Part shown: one piece after another, positions 11,708 through 27,552 of the stretch
Layout of the letters: each line of letters opens with the position of its first letter
Position numbering within the stretch: the first letter of the stretch is position 1
Origin: the human T2T-CHM13v2.0 reference genome, Homo sapiens
DNA: 64,000 nucleotides
Assembly: GCF_009914755.1 (NCBI RefSeq)
Contig: NC_060925.1
Direction: 5' to 3' (one strand)
Translations under genes and position numbers: made by a program
The notes under the pieces: model-generated
Seen by the model: only the letters and a program-made list of their open reading frames with translations
Databases searched by the model: none
Told to the model about the DNA's origin: nothing

Positions 11708-14700
11708 AATACCTCATGTTTCTGTAAGAATTCTTGAGAAAGATATTATAGAATTCCATATCTATCTCTTGTTTATTCCCATCTATATAGTATCCACTTT
11801 TGTAAATAATTATTCCCTCTTGGAAATGGAAAAATGATTGAGAGGGCAGAGCTTTGATCCCAAATTTATGTATTTTTTTCTCTGGTGTCTCTGAAAACTG
11901 CTTTGATTACATAGTCTAAAAGATATAAGAAATTGGAATATTACCTAAGGAACTGGGTTGAGTTGGATTGCCAATGTAGATTTTTGTATGAGTTGGACGG
12001 AAATGATTTTATCGGCTTCCTCAGTTTGCTTTGCAGATGTCTTGCTTCTTGTTGAAATGAGAAGGGAGAAACAACTTAGCTGTGGAAGCTTCCTTGTATG
12101 CCTGTTGACAAGTACTGTGCAACATATTTGACGTTTTTTGGGGTAGACATAATTATGGCTTTAGTTCCCCACCCTACCCCACCCCCACACACAAAGGGGA
12201 AAAGTACTTAAAGAGAAAACTACAAACAAACAACAGTATGGAAACAGACTTTATATGACCCCTGAAATAAAATGTTAATTTATTTGTATCACAATGAGGC
12301 ATAATCCGAAATAGCAGAAAAGCAACCTCCATAAATTGAAATAGGCAAAGACTCTTAAAAGAATAACAGCCATTTATGGAAGCATTTAAAATAATTGAAG
12401 GGAACTGGAGTGCAAAAACAAACTATATACCCATGGCTCCAAATCCCTGGTTCCAGAAAACAGGCAAGGACATTTGTTTCCGCACACATCTGGATCTATG
12501 ATGCCTGCCCCTCCACCCATTGACCGACACTCACAAAAGCTACAGGGATAACCTACCATCGAAGAGGAGGCTTTCCTACTTGTATGTAGTATGAAATCAT
12601 AAATCCTACATTATTTAGATGAGCAGTGAAAATGGAAACCTTTAAAGTTTGTACTTTCCACAGGAAGTCTCAATCCTCCCTGAACAGATGATTTTGATTT
12701 CAGAGTACACAGTGGGCCTTTAACTTCTTCAGCTTCAGGGGTATGTTAAATTCCAAGACTCCTTCACTATCCTAAAGAAACAGCAATAAAACATGTTTCA
12801 GGATTCAGTTCCTCCAGCTTCAGAGGCTGAGATGGATGAACTAGTTTGGGGGAAATGAGACATGACCCAACCCTTCACCTAAACAAAAATGACTCCAAAT
12901 TGAACTTTTTAGAAAGTTCAATACTATGTAATAGAAACTTTCTTAAAAAGAAATACTGATTTTACATTGTACACTATCCAATTCCCATTGTGCCTAGAAG
13001 TAGAAGACCTGAACTGAAATGGAAAGAAGGGATGGATTCCTTTCCTCCTACCAGTACAGGGAAACAGCCAGGAACACCAACAAAGAGACAGGGGGCATGT
13101 TCTCCTTGCAACCAGCCACTCTGGAAAGTTTATGCAAGCTATTCATAAGCACTCATTTGGTTAAAGATGAATCTTCATGGCAATTTTTAAGCCATTTATC
13201 TCAATGGATCCAAAGATATGTTCTGAATTAAGCTAACTTAACACCAATTCATCTTATAATTTCTTTTAATCTATAAGATAATTCTTCAAGCCATTGGAAT
13301 TGGCCATATATGAATTAGAATTGATGACACAGGACCATATAAGAAATTCTTTTATCAAAATAAATGAATGAAAAAGTATGTAAGTTATGCTTCCAAACTT
13401 TTTCAAATAGTGAGTGATTAATTTATTTTTTATCATCTCTGCAGTCTGATCTGTGAGCAACAGGCTGAACTATAAGACAACTGACCTGGATTTGAGGTAA
13501 TTCTATGGGTATTATGGGTATAGAAGAAAGGAAATGTTACTTGGTCTTATGAGGAGTGAACCTATATATTCAACTATTTAACACTTCATCGAGACAAAGA
13601 CCACAGAACTGCCAGTTACTTAGGAGGTCGTGCCACACAGTAGAAAGCACACTCGGACAGCTAAACTGGGAGTCAATTCCTGGCTATGTTTATGTGAAGC
13701 TGGACAAGCTACTTAATTTTTAAACTAACTCTCCTTTTTTAATTCATAAAAGCAGCAGAAACCTACTTCATTCCTTTGTAAAATGCCTACACGTAATAGG
13801 TACCATAAAATGGAGTATGCTAGCTCTACCAAGTTCTGATAGGCTAAGCTATTAAGACATTGATAGAAACAAGAAACCATTACCACACAGTAAGTAGTGT
13901 ACATTTTAAAAAGGCTACTTAAGCTTCATTCAAGAAAGGTCTTAATTCTCTAATTGTTTTTAAAGACCTGTTTTGTTTATTCTTTGGCAGCAAATAATTT
14001 AAAGTGTGCTCAGGAATGGCGGAGAGAAGGAGAAAAATGGAGCCAGGGAATGGAAAGGAGATACTCTTTAGGAATTAGTGGGTTCACTGACAAAGAGTAT
14101 CTGTCTGTGGGTTACAGTCAGAGGGAGGAGAGCATAACTGACTGCCTGTTAAAGGAGACAGCAGAGGAAAGCCAGGAAAGCCGGGGAAGTATCCTTTGGT
14201 AGGCGTCAAGACATGGGGAGGTATTATAGCTCTTTAGCAGTCTTAGTAGTAACTATCTCATTACAGTGCGGGGAGAAGGTGAGTGACTCATTTTAAGTAA
14301 AAGAAGATAGTGCTTGATGTAGGGAGGATCACAGAGACAAAGATGTGATACTAAGTATTTCACTCAAAGAAACCATATTTTAAAAATCCCCAGCAAAGCC
14401 TTCCTTTCTTCCTGTTTAGAAAGTTGAATGAGTTGACAGTGATTCTGTGGAAAGGGGTATCACAGAGGGGACAAAGGTATTGCTAAACTCAAACTATAAA
14501 CTCTATACTTCAAAAAAATATGTAAAATTAAAGTGTCTATTCATCATCTGGAACAAATCAGATACCTTCGGCAATTATTACACTTGATCTGATTATAAAG
14601 TTGACAAAAAGTGCATTTTAATGAAGCTGTCTTGTGATCACAATACCACAATGCTGTTCAATAAATTATCCTCTACACTTTTCTAAAAGCTTGAAATACT

Positions 14701-16183
14701 TCAGATGTTTTTAAATAAAAAATTAGAAAAGGAATTGTAAACATTACAGACACGCATGGTCTTACAAGTTCAGATAATCCCACAGGGGCAGTGTTTAAGT
14801 AATTGATTTCGAGTAACTTTGGCCTCAAAGTGAAGCCGTACTGCTTTCCCAAGTAATCTGGGGACTGTATGGGAATGCAGATGGTGTGATGGAAAATTGT
14901 AAAGACTTCACCTAAAATGCTCTATTCTTTTATTTCACCTTGTTGACTGGAACAAAATAAATCTACATGTCTGTAATTCCAAGAAGCATCTGTTTCTTGT
15001 GGATACACAAGGTCTAAAAATGTATAACATATGTTTAAGTTGCACCAAGAAATATGACCACAGTAAACTCAAGTAAACCTCAAACATATCTACCTCAAAT
15101 GGTTTGTGCTTGCATGTTTGCATGTAACGTGCCTAGGCGAGACCAAGTTTGCACCACTTATTATTAGTAGCATCATTTCTACTCGACTAGATTCTTGTTG
15201 TATTGTCATCTCTAGTTTTCTTAAGAGATTTAGGAGGGAGGATCTCATAGTCTGCACATAGTCAATGCTCTTTTCCTAACACAACTCCAACTCCAACCAA
15301 GATTTTCACGTCTTACGTAGGTTTTTTTGTGTGCTACTTTACTGACAATTTATAGCAACTTGTTTACTGAAATTCATCTGTTCTTTTCCCTCGCAAGTAA
15401 CTTCTTGGTTCACCCGTTTCTACACCTCATAAGTGATGAGTAATATTCACCACTGGCTGCATCATCAAAAAGTCATAATCAAAACCACGTTATTACAATG
15501 TGAGTTTTCTGTGTTAGTGAAATTTCCCAGCTTTATATAACCCAGTGGATGTAATTTTTACATAACCTCACACTGGTACGGCTCATAGTTACTCTGCATG
15601 ACCATAGTCATTTGCTTTTACACTACAGCTATATTTTACCTTTCCAGGAAGAAAACGTATTCCTTTTCAATCCCTGTATTATGAAAACCTCTCTGCTTTA
15701 TTTTTTCAGAGGGAGTTCTTATCTCCCCAAACTATTGAATGCTATGGGCAGAGAAAGCATTCTAAACGCATTCTAGTAAAATCTTCTCTAATGTCAGATA
15801 AGATACTGGTTTGCAATTCAATTGAAATATATTTCCATGCTGTAGATATCAAGTTACTATTTAAATCTTTAACAGTAGCCACCCTTCATAATTTGGAACC
15901 AAAGAAAAAGCATTGTTTATTTAATTTGTTTTGGAATTATTTAGCAACTGAAGCAGATTTTTAGGAATTCTTTTTTCTTTAGTATTGATCCTTTACCTAC
16001 TTACTGAAAATTCTTGTTTGAGAGAACTTCCAATAAGAGGTAGGCTGCATTTTCTTTTTTTTCTCTCTACTTTCCACCCCTAAATGATTCTGGTTCTATA
16101 CAGAACTGAAATTTTCCCCAAACATGAGGGCAGTTGACTTCACTTGTGCCACTTTAGGGAATGAAGAAAATGCTTAGTGGAAA

Positions 16184-16808
16184 ATTAGTCTTATTGCTGT
16201 TGTAAGAAACTACCATAAATTCAGCATTTTAAACCAATATAAATATTATATCACAAATCTATAGGTCAAAAGTCTGGGTGGCCTTGGCTGGGCTCTTTGC
16301 TCATGGTCTCACAAGGTCAGAATCAAGGTGTTAGCCAAGCAAACACTTATTAGGAGGTTGGGAGAAGAATCCTTCTCCAAGATCAATCAGGTTGTTGGCA
16401 GAATTTAGTTTCAATGCAGTTGAAAGACTGAGGTCCCTATTTCCTTGATGATTGTCACCCAGGAATCATTCTGGAAAACCACTATGTTGCTTGGCTTATG
16501 GTCCCCTTCTTCCATCTTTAAAGCCAGAAATGCAATAGAGACATCATACTTTAAATCCCTATGTCTCCCCTCATCCCCATCTCTTCTACCTCTTCTGCTG
16601 CTGCGTCTTGCTGACTACAGCAGGACAAATTTCTGTTTATGGGGGCTTATGTAACTGCTTAGGCCCACCTGGATAATCCAAGATAATTACCCTATTTTAA
16701 GATCCACACCTTAACCACATTGGCAAAGTCACTTTGGCTATGGGAGGTAATATATTCATTTCCGGGATTAGGGAGTGGAAGCTTTGAGGGGAGTGTTATT
16801 CTGCCAAA
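16184..16808 (-). mobile_element. MaLR solo LTR (MLT1E-like)
   Basis: 'ttattgctgttgtaagaaactacca...aatcaaggtgttagcc...ggcccacctggataatccaagataat...ttattctgcc'. Confidence 0.75.
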
Positions 16809-17699
16809 CTGAGCAGAAGAGGTTTTTCTTTTTCTGTTAATAGTGTGGGCATCAGGAAGACTTGAGAAAAACGGAATGTTTTCTTCTACTACAAATGTAA
16901 TTGCCCAGAAAAAAATACCAACTAGGTAAACTGGTGACTCTGAAGGTCCTGAGGAAATTCTTATGATGATGTTGAGAGATAGGAGTTCAGTTAGTTAGCA
17001 CGTGCATTCCTGAAATCTAAACAATTTGATAGTGCTTTTTGTTAATAATACTTTTTGTAAAATACTACATTAAGACCTATCAGGCTCACTTTCCCAAGGC
17101 TTAAGAGGGATTTCAACCAATAGAAGTGTCTGAGGCCTTAGTAAGTGACTTGTATTCTTTGTTTAAGGGTATATTTATAATATTTTACAAAAAGTGATTT
17201 TTTTGGTGTCACTTTTGGTACTGGAAGTGGGTGTTAGGTTGAAGTTTAAGAAAATATAAACTGGATTTGAAGATTATGGAAAGGAAACTCATATATACTG
17301 ATCAGTTCTGCCCTCAACTCTTACAAGTTTCAAAATATATGAGTGTGGCCTAGGTGAAGAATACAACTGAATCAACGCATGGTGACCCTCATGTGGATTG
17401 GTTTTAGGTGGAGATGACACTCAACAAGCTGAGGGCCAGGAATTTGCCAATTTTGAGGAGTTTTCTCAAACTGTGACCTCCCAGGCTTTATCTTCCCCTT
17501 GTCCTTCTCCCTAAGGCACAAGCCCTGCATAGAATTGACTAATGTTCGGGACCTAGGTTTTGACAGTTTCATTTTTCATACTTATATAACTTCCTTTTAC
17601 CTGCTCCTACACTGAAAGCTAGGGACTTCCATTTATGCTTACGTTGAGATTCCCCTGGGCTTGGCCCACTGCAAATACCATTAGGAAATGGGACTAATG

Positions 17700-17895
17700 A
17701 TTACATAGAACCTGCTATATGTCATGCATTGTTAACATACATTATGAAACTTCATTTAGGTTTAAATGATCCTATGAAGCAATAAGAAAGGTATTTTTAA
17801 TTTCCTCAAAATGAAATTGAGATACAGAGAGGATCAATGTCTTATCCAAAGTCACATAAATATCAAATGGAATTGGGGTGGTGATTTGAACCCAG
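17700..17895. mobile_element. MIR SINE
   Basis: 'gaaattgagatacagagagg...tccaaagtcaca...gatttgaaccca'. Confidence 0.55.
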
Positions 17896-20679
17896 AAATG
17901 TAAATGGCTATATGATTGCCTGGCACCCTTTCATCAGCAATATTAGAGCGAACTGCAAGCTTTAGGTAAAGAAGCCATTAAGGACGTTCCTCCTCTCATT
18001 CATAACTGATAAGTGAACTGATTACAGCAGATCTTTTCTTACTTAGTTCCTTAGACATGGGCCTCTAAGACACTTCTAAGGTTTTAAGCTTCTTTTTCTG
18101 TCCCAATGAATTTGAAGATATAATTTCAATTGAGTTATTTTCCTGGACACCTTTGGAACACTAGGGGTTAATTCACTTTTACTTTGTTTGTAAATCTTCG
18201 CTTAAGACAGTGAGCATGGGCATGGGCACCCCTCCCCCACAACACCCCTCCTCATTCCCCCAGAGAGAGGCCCAGCACCAGAGATTAACTGGGAGCTAAA
18301 TGCAGGCTGGTGGCCAAACCAGAGTGATAAGAATCCTGATTTTGATGGAACACTTAAAAATCATTTTAGCTTTTCCAGACCTAATCCAGTTAAAGGATGT
18401 GGGGGTGGGAGGCCTTCTTGTGGGTTATACAAATAACTTCACTCCAGTAACTCCTCTTAACCTAAGATTGAAGGGGCTGTGCGAATGAGGGGGAGGGGGC
18501 CCCAACTCTATCACGTGGCCTGCTTCTACTCTTCAACTGGGTGTTTTTTTATTTGTTTGTTTTGGTGGTTACACAACCTGGCTTATTACTGTCAGTCTAT
18601 TAAAAAATACCCCATTTTTCACAGAAGAGCTATGTGAGTGCAGGGCGTCCTGATTTACTGCACAATCTTTGGCTGCATAGTTAGGGCGCCATCTTACATT
18701 TGTCTTTCTGTTTATGTGGGGGCCATGATAAGAAGTGAGGCTGACAAACTCCAGGTCATTTCTGCAGATGAGGATCCTGAACAGGAAGCACTTTTTAGAG
18801 GCCTCCATGACAAGAATTTTCTCAGAAATCTATACTGATTGCATAGTTTTAAGAAGTATTATTGGCTTTTGTTGCAGTGGGAATTGTGGGAATGGACTTT
18901 AGCTAATGATGTCTGAAAGTGCAAGGCAGCTCTGAAAATGAGAGATTGAAGAAGGTGAGAGACCCAAGCCCCTTCTTTTGCTTATTATCAAAGCTCTACC
19001 CATTACTAGCAGTTTGAGGAAAACTGTGAAATTCTTCACACAAAGGCAAAACCCAGGCATGATTATGGTAAAAGCAATACTAACAGTGCTTGGTATTCCC
19101 AAACTTTCACGGTGCCCATCATCAGCATGGGCATTTCTGAGATAATAGGTAAAGCGGAGAGAAGGATAGAAATGAATTTAGCTCCTGCACGTTAGTGTAT
19201 AGCCAAGAGGTTTGTGAGAATATTGAAGTGCTCCTGTTACAGCTAGTACATAGTTTCTATAGTGGGCCCTCTAAGTGCCTTCTCTAAGCATCCTGACCCT
19301 CCCACCACTGTGATTTTAGCCTGTACTGTTTTTAACTACTTTCAATATTGTCCCTGAAGAAGAAGGAAAGCCTTTTGGATTTCCTTGGGTGTTGACAGGG
19401 GTTTGGGAAGCAGAGTATAAACTTAATTCATCTAAACAAAAGAAAATGCGTGGATCTGGGCTATGCTGAGGACCACATATATAAAATGGGAATAATATAA
19501 AGCTCATAGGGTAGTTTTAAGGATGTTTTTTTTTTCTGTTCAAAATGTACTAACCATCAGAGAGTTGGGGTGTGCAACACCTAGGTACCCCAGCACTGCA
19601 TAGGACAAGCCATGGTTTCACAAGGGATTTACAGGACGGCCCTATCATCCTTCTTCCTATGTCTTAAAGTTTTGCCCATTTTAAACCAGTTCCACTTGGT
19701 TCAGATTACTCCATTACTCCCATCTTCCTCTTGGTGCTTATGTGTTTAGATCCACAAAGCCCTAACCCATTGCTCTACGTGATTATATATTCTTTTTAGC
19801 GTTTCTTAAATCTTTCCTGTGCTTGAGCTTTCTCACCTCTTATGTTGGAAACTCCTTAGGATTGGGAGCATGAGATTTCCTGAGGACTCCACCTGCCCTT
19901 GGCCATCAGGGTTGGTGACTGACAGAGTGGCCCATGCATTCTGCCTAGCCTGGACATGGTTCACCATTCTCTCCTCAGAGAGCATTGGGCAGAGGAGTAA
20001 TATTGATCAGAGATAGCTACTATGGAATATATACAAAAGCCAGGGCTCTGTCACTTTGTTTAAACTCACATTACACTTGTGATGAAAGATACTTTTATTT
20101 CCACTTCATAGATGAGAAAACTGAGCCCTGAGAGGCTACATCAGTCATCCCAGGACAGCTGGCAGTTTCTCTTATCTCCCAGTGTGATGCTCATTTGACT
20201 TTTATCTCACCATCCCTCTGTGACCTTGTTCTCAGACTGTCTAGATGGCAGCTTGTTACTGGAGTCAAAGCTCTAATGGGTGAAATTGCAATAAGTTGTT
20301 GGGACAGCACATAATCCATCATAATCTGATATTGATTACCTTATTACCTAGACTTTTCATTACACTTCTCCTCGAGAAGGGTAATGCTTAAAGCACAGAG
20401 ATCATATGTCTAATGACACCCAGTGGGGGTGGTTCAGATAAGGAAAGAGTTAAGGGTCTACCAGGAAACCCTCAGATCATGTTACATGTTACCAAATTAT
20501 GGATTTGGGTAAAAGTAGAATTGATTGTGTCATGTGAGTAAGATTTTCGTAGCTGATTTTTCAACTCTCCAATAGACTGTCTTGCATGTACCAGGCTCAG
20601 AAGGGACACGGCACAGAGGATGCTGAGAGGCAGGGGAGGTGGTCAAGGAAGAGCTATGCAATGCTCAACTCCGAAGCCA

Positions 20680-20890
20680 TGTGGTCTGATGGAGAAGGCA
20701 ATCTGTGTTCAAATCTTAGCCAGGCCATCCTTTAGAAGTCAGATCTTGACAGAATCACTTCAAGCATCTGAGCCTCAGGTCTACTCATCTGTAAAATGAG
20801 AATAATAACTGCCACCAACTCCCTAGATTATGTTGAGGATTTGATTAGGTAGTGTTTATGGAGCATGGCACGTGTTCTCTACGTAACAGG
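20680..20890. mobile_element. MIR SINE
   Basis: 'gttcaaatcttagc...tctgagcctcagg...ctcatctgtaaaatgagaataata'. Confidence 0.6.
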
Positions 20891-21971
20891 TGTTTCCCTC
20901 TTACTCAACATTCCTTTATTCGTATTTAAAGGCAAAAATGGACTGACCAAATACTATGTGGTAAACAAATGAGAACCAAGCTCAAGGGATGGGTATCATT
21001 TTCTTAAACATACACAGACACACACACAGACTATGTGACAGGATGGGAAACTGAGAATCTAGATGAGATTTTATCCAAGGATAACAAGCCCAGTGTGGGT
21101 TTGGATGCCAAAAAAAAAAATGGTGACAATGCTACACTCTTCATTTTGGAGAGTCATGATGGCTAATGAGTCACCACTATGGTTATAGCTTTGCTTTGGG
21201 TAATGGAGATCTGCAGATATATCCAAGGGATCGAATTTTCCCTAGTAATGTTGAAAAAAGATGCACAGATAAACTTGTTTCTCTATCACAAGCTGCAGCC
21301 TTCTCTGTTCAGCAAAGAAGAAACGGTAATGTTTGAGTCCAAAGCTGGCCTGCCCTCCAGACCTGGAAAGTGCCCTCCATTATAGAATTCTGCTTGAGGT
21401 AATAATTTACATAAAAGGAAAGAACAATAAAATTTAGCTAAAAACAGCCACCCAAGTCCATCCCCCACCTCCGCTGCCATAAAGCTGATATAGCAACTAG
21501 GATTAAAATGTAACCTGAACCCAGAGAATTTTTGTAAATAAGATGAAAGCTGCCATTTAAGGTTTCTCAATGGCACCAACTGGATTAGAACTTCTCTTGA
21601 GATAGGAATCTTTTGACATTCCCCGGGAGCTGTATCTGCTTACTGGAAGGCACAGCTGATGCATGCAAAGTCAATTAAAAAGCTAACTGCATAAAAGACA
21701 GTGGCTGCACACGATTCATGCTATGCATTTCCCAGACAACCCTGGCTTTGTTTACTAGGGTTTTATGCAGAGTGGCAATGTGGGTAGTGATTTGAGACTG
21801 AAATCTGAAAGTCAAAAAATAAAAATAACCAAACTAATTCCTGACTGTAGAGGATCAGAGAAATTCTATACCTGCCATAGATATTTCTATAAATAATAAT
21901 TTAATCTGACATAGGACTTTAAAAAAATAAAGCCCTTTATATTGACATTTGAGTATATGTATGTATGACTC

Positions 21972-21992
21972 GTGTGTGTGTGTGTGTGTGTG
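21972..21992. repeat. (TG)n microsatellite
   Basis: About 10 GT units seen directly. Confidence 0.9.
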
Positions 21993-22899
21993 ATGCCAAA
22001 ATCTTAGGTTTTTATAACTTGTGTCATTTCTTGCAAACTGCATCTCTTTTTCAAAAATACTAGAGAATAGTACTTTCATTGTCAGTGGAGCCAATGATGG
22101 GTGAACTGGGCTCACTTACACACTATGACTCAGGTCTGGTCAATCAACATCTAATATTCAGGAATGTAAAAGTTCTCTCAAAGTCATTAGAAGCCATAAA
22201 AATTTGCTGAAACTTCTGGGACTCAGGTAGGTATTCTTTTCCCTTAGGCATAAATCTGAAAGAACGTAAGTTCTGGAGCTGCATTCATCATCTTGCCCTC
22301 AGGTGGAGCTTGTGGGCAAATAATACTAACAGCTAACCCTTACTGAGCACATGATAGGTGCTGGGCAGGGTTCTAAGGGCTTGATGTTTTTTAACTCATT
22401 CAATCTTCATGACAACCTGTGAAGTATTTGCATGCTGCTGCTATTTCATGCCTGCTGCTCTCAGGCTCTGCTTGCTTTGTGAAGCTTGTGTGATGACAAG
22501 AAGAACACACCCACAGAAACGAAGTCCTGGTGCCATTATCTGGGCTCTGCATTTAGCCATTCCTTAAACTAGCACTTAGAATTTTCCATTACATGAGAAA
22601 ATAAATAGTTTTTCATGTAGGCATGTTTTGGTTGATTTTTATGTCACTTGTAACTAAAAAAGTCCTAAAGGACACAGACAGACGCCACCAACCCAAGCCT
22701 TTCAATGTGCAAATAAGGAAACCGGGGCTCACAGAATTTAAGTTACTGCTCAAAATGACACAGCTAATTTAGGAGATGGGAACACAAGCTTCAGACTTCT
22801 AGTCAAATGTTCTTTTCCCTTTAACATTGATAACTAACCTTCATTGTGTACTCCTTATGTGACACACAGTTGTACACAACCATCCCCCTTTCCAGCTTC

Positions 22900-23409
<510 letters not shown>

Positions 23410-24659
23410 ATCAATGGGCATAATCTGGAAAAGTGTTCAACCCTTTTTGATCCTTTATTTTGCATCTAGCAGAATGGGCTTTACATTCTAGCCTAAAAGT
23501 TTAAAAATATTATTGAAATTCCATTAAAGTCATGCTGCTTTCCATTGATGCCTGGTAATAAGAATTAACATAGCCTTTTCAAGATTTTACTTAACTTTGA
23601 TTGATATTTTGAAAGAAGTTTCATGGTTCAGAGGAAAGCTGATGGTGCTGTTAGTCAGAATACATGAGCTTTAGTCTTGCCTTTCTGGGTTAATACTATT
23701 TTGATTTTAAGTTGTTCTTTAAATACTGAGACCTCAACTCTCCCCTCTGAACATTTAAAATGGTAAGTTAGTATAAGAGATTATATTTTACTAGAATTAT
23801 TTTTATTTTTAATGCTTACATTGACATATACAAAGACCAATGCCTTATAATTGTTCATATAATTTCTTGTGAGTTGGGAAGCAGAGACATTACACAAAGA
23901 GGAGGGGAAAAAACATAGTTTTCTCTAGTTTAGTGAATCGTTAGAGCTCAGAGCCTAGCATGCAACTATGCTGACTTGGTACAATAAGAATGAACATTAT
24001 CATTTGACATTTGTCATTGGCACCAACTAGATTATAGCAATTCATCTGGCAGTAGATAATTTTTTCAGGAGTGGAGTCTGCCTTTTTCAAATATAACATG
24101 CAAGTAGAAAATTTCGAATGACAGAAGGAAAAACAAATTGGGACATGATCAAAATGTCATTGATTGGCAACCCTGAAAACCGTAGTTTTTCCTCTTCATT
24201 TGCACCAGAAGAGGGAAATACCCTCTACTGGTATCTTCTTCAGGCCAGGAGTTGCTGGCGTCACCTCTTATTTCTGATCAGTTCGACAGAGGCTAAACTA
24301 TGGACGTTATGGTAATATCAGTGTAGGTCTAAGTAGATGCATTTTTTCCTCTCTCCAGTCTGCTTCACTAACCAGCTCTCCAGCTGTCTTCCCTCCCCTC
24401 CCATTTCACTAACCACACACCCACCTATGTGCACATACCCTTTGTCTCACATATACCAAACTGAGTGGCTAGCACCTCTAGAGCTCAGAGCTAGTCACGA
24501 ACATCTTTCTAATAGCATCATCACTGCTGTTGTGCTTGCTGTCATCATCATAGTCATCATCAGCACACCCGTCACCAGTATTATCTCTGATTTTTATATA
24601 GTAGTCCTTGGTAGTTTACAGGTTTTTTTCCATGAAATGCTCACAACAAACTTGCATGG

Positions 24660-25429
<770 letters not shown>

Positions 25430-26990
25430 CATGATGAGGAGAGCAACTGGTATTATCACTGGTTTAATGCAAAGAGAAAAGACTTTCTAGTTAAAAGGCC
25501 TTAGCTTAAATTCTGGCTCAGCCCAATTAAGCTCAGCATATGTGGATGAAGCATCACTTCCCAACAAGAGCTGTGCTTGGTCTTGGATTTCTTCAACCTA
25601 AAAAGTAGCTCACGTTGCCAGAGAGTACATGAACTGCCTCTCCTTCCCCTCACAATGCTAATGGTCTTTGTGGATAAATCGATGGTTCTCAATTTTGTGT
25701 CTCAGAGTCTCAAGGTGTTTACACAGGTGGAAATAGGGTCTTCAAGTTATTGTCAATATTTCAAAATTATAACCTTTACCCTGGAAATTGAACCTGACCT
25801 TCAGAAAACATTGCACAGGCTAACGCATGCATTTCTGAAGTGTTGGTTTTGCAGGGAGGCTTTCTATTTGACAGATTAAAGAACGCTTTGCTTACCACAG
25901 GACATAAATTCAGAGCTTTCTTTAACATGCCTGTCTAATCTTTTGCTGCTGTTCTATCCAGATCATTCAGTCCATAGTGCTAAACCTTCCCCAGGCAGCA
26001 TTTTCCAGAACTGTCAAAAACTGTGGTGGTGTCATGAGCCTGTTTGCTGTATGCAAGCCACGTCATTCCCAATTTTGTTTTTTAGTTCCAACACAAATGT
26101 GTTTGCAGAACTGAATACTAACTCTCCAGGGCCTGCCAGGGGGTTCTATTTAGGGAAACTGAGAAGCTTCTGTAAACTGAGGAGTTGGATTAAAATTTTT
26201 CCTCAGAAGTCCACAAACATCCATTCTACAATTTCTCTCTAAGTGAATAGTATTTAAGTTGCAGCAGTCAGTGGCATGGGGGAGTGGTATAGAAGGGGAT
26301 AGGGTGGGTATTTTGTCCAGGTTCAAATTGCAGGGCTGAGGCAAACACAGTGGCTGCCCTGGCTAGAAAATGGCCCTCACCTCACCCCAGGTCCCAGCCC
26401 CACCACAAACCTGAGCGAGCTCCAGCCACAGAATATGTGCTTATGAAAGTAGCTCACCTGCCCTTCTACTGGATCTCATACAATGGCTCAGCTCTTTGTT
26501 ACAGATGGAAGGAAACAGCTTCTGTGAGATCAAGCATTTTAGTCTTTGGAATGAACAAATTATTTCTGCCATAATTAAGTAAATCTCTCGTCAACTTCTA
26601 GTCAGTGGTTCACATCACTTGGAATAAAATGTATCAGGGGAAAAGGAGATTCACATTGCGAGTGGCATTATCATGCCAATCTCAGAGTACTTTAAAAAGT
26701 TAACATAAAGTCAGTACACACAAAGTAGGCTCAACAGTGACCCCAGAGGAGCCTTTTTCTCCTCTCCTACTGCCTACGAAGTAACCTGCAGGAATGACCT
26801 CAGATGACTACCCAAAGGTTACTGACACCAGTACCTTCATCTGCCACTGCAATGCTCCTTGCAGAACAAGGTCCTAGGAATACTTGTATGGGAAGGCTGC
26901 CTGTGTCCCTAGAGCCTTGTGCAGTCTGATGACATTACTAGGCCCTTAATATAGACTGCCATACCACATTTAATGTTAAATCATTATTAG

Positions 26991-27080
26991 TTTGCTAAGG
27001 CTAAGGGTAATGGCCTCCAGCTTCATCCCCAAACCTGCATATGTACCCCTGAACCTAAACTAAAAGTAAAAAAAAAAAAA
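26991..27080 (+). mobile_element. ~90 bp L1 3' fragment with 5' inversion
   Basis: Antisense L1 3'UTR piece 'tttgctaagg...taatggcctccagcttcatcc' joined to the sense terminus 'caaacctgcatatgtacccctgaacctaaa' plus poly(A); TSD aaatcattattag / aaattattcttag. Confidence 0.75.
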
Positions 27081-27214
27081 TTATTCTTAGACTAAATGAT
27101 AAACAATTTTCCAGGTGTCCAATGATTCCCTGTGTTGCTCTCATATGAAGCCGGAAAAAATAAAATTTGTTCTCATTTAAGTTTTTAGGATGTTGTTACT
27201 TTCATTTCTTTGAT

Positions 27215-27400
27215 ATACTGGAAAAATAGCTAGAAGAGAAGATTTGAAACGTTCACAACCCAAAGAAATGATAAATATTTAACATGATGAAGATCCTAAA
27301 TACCCCAATTTGATCATTACATATTGTATGCATGTATCAAAATGTCACATGTACCCCATAAATATGTACAATAATTATGTCTAAATTAAAAAAGAATAAA
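27215..27400 (+). mobile_element. L1MA-type 3' end fragment
   Basis: 'aaagaaatgataaatattt...ttgatcattacatattgtatgcatgtatcaaaatgtcacatgtaccccataaatatgtacaa'. Confidence 0.8.
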
Positions 27401-27552
27401 GCAATACATACATTTTCATAAAAAATGGAATGAATGTCTTGTAAGGAAAATAGCACCCATAATACCTTTTATTCTTCCTACCCCCAAAATCTTGATTGCA
27501 TACTGAGATTTTTCTGTGTGATTAAATTGGGTATTAGAGCAATGTATTTAAT

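Noticed and set aside
12540-12560. 'acagggataacc' resembling mitochondrial 16S rRNA or an I-SceI half site
   Set aside because: The match is only about 9 bp and there is no flanking similarity.
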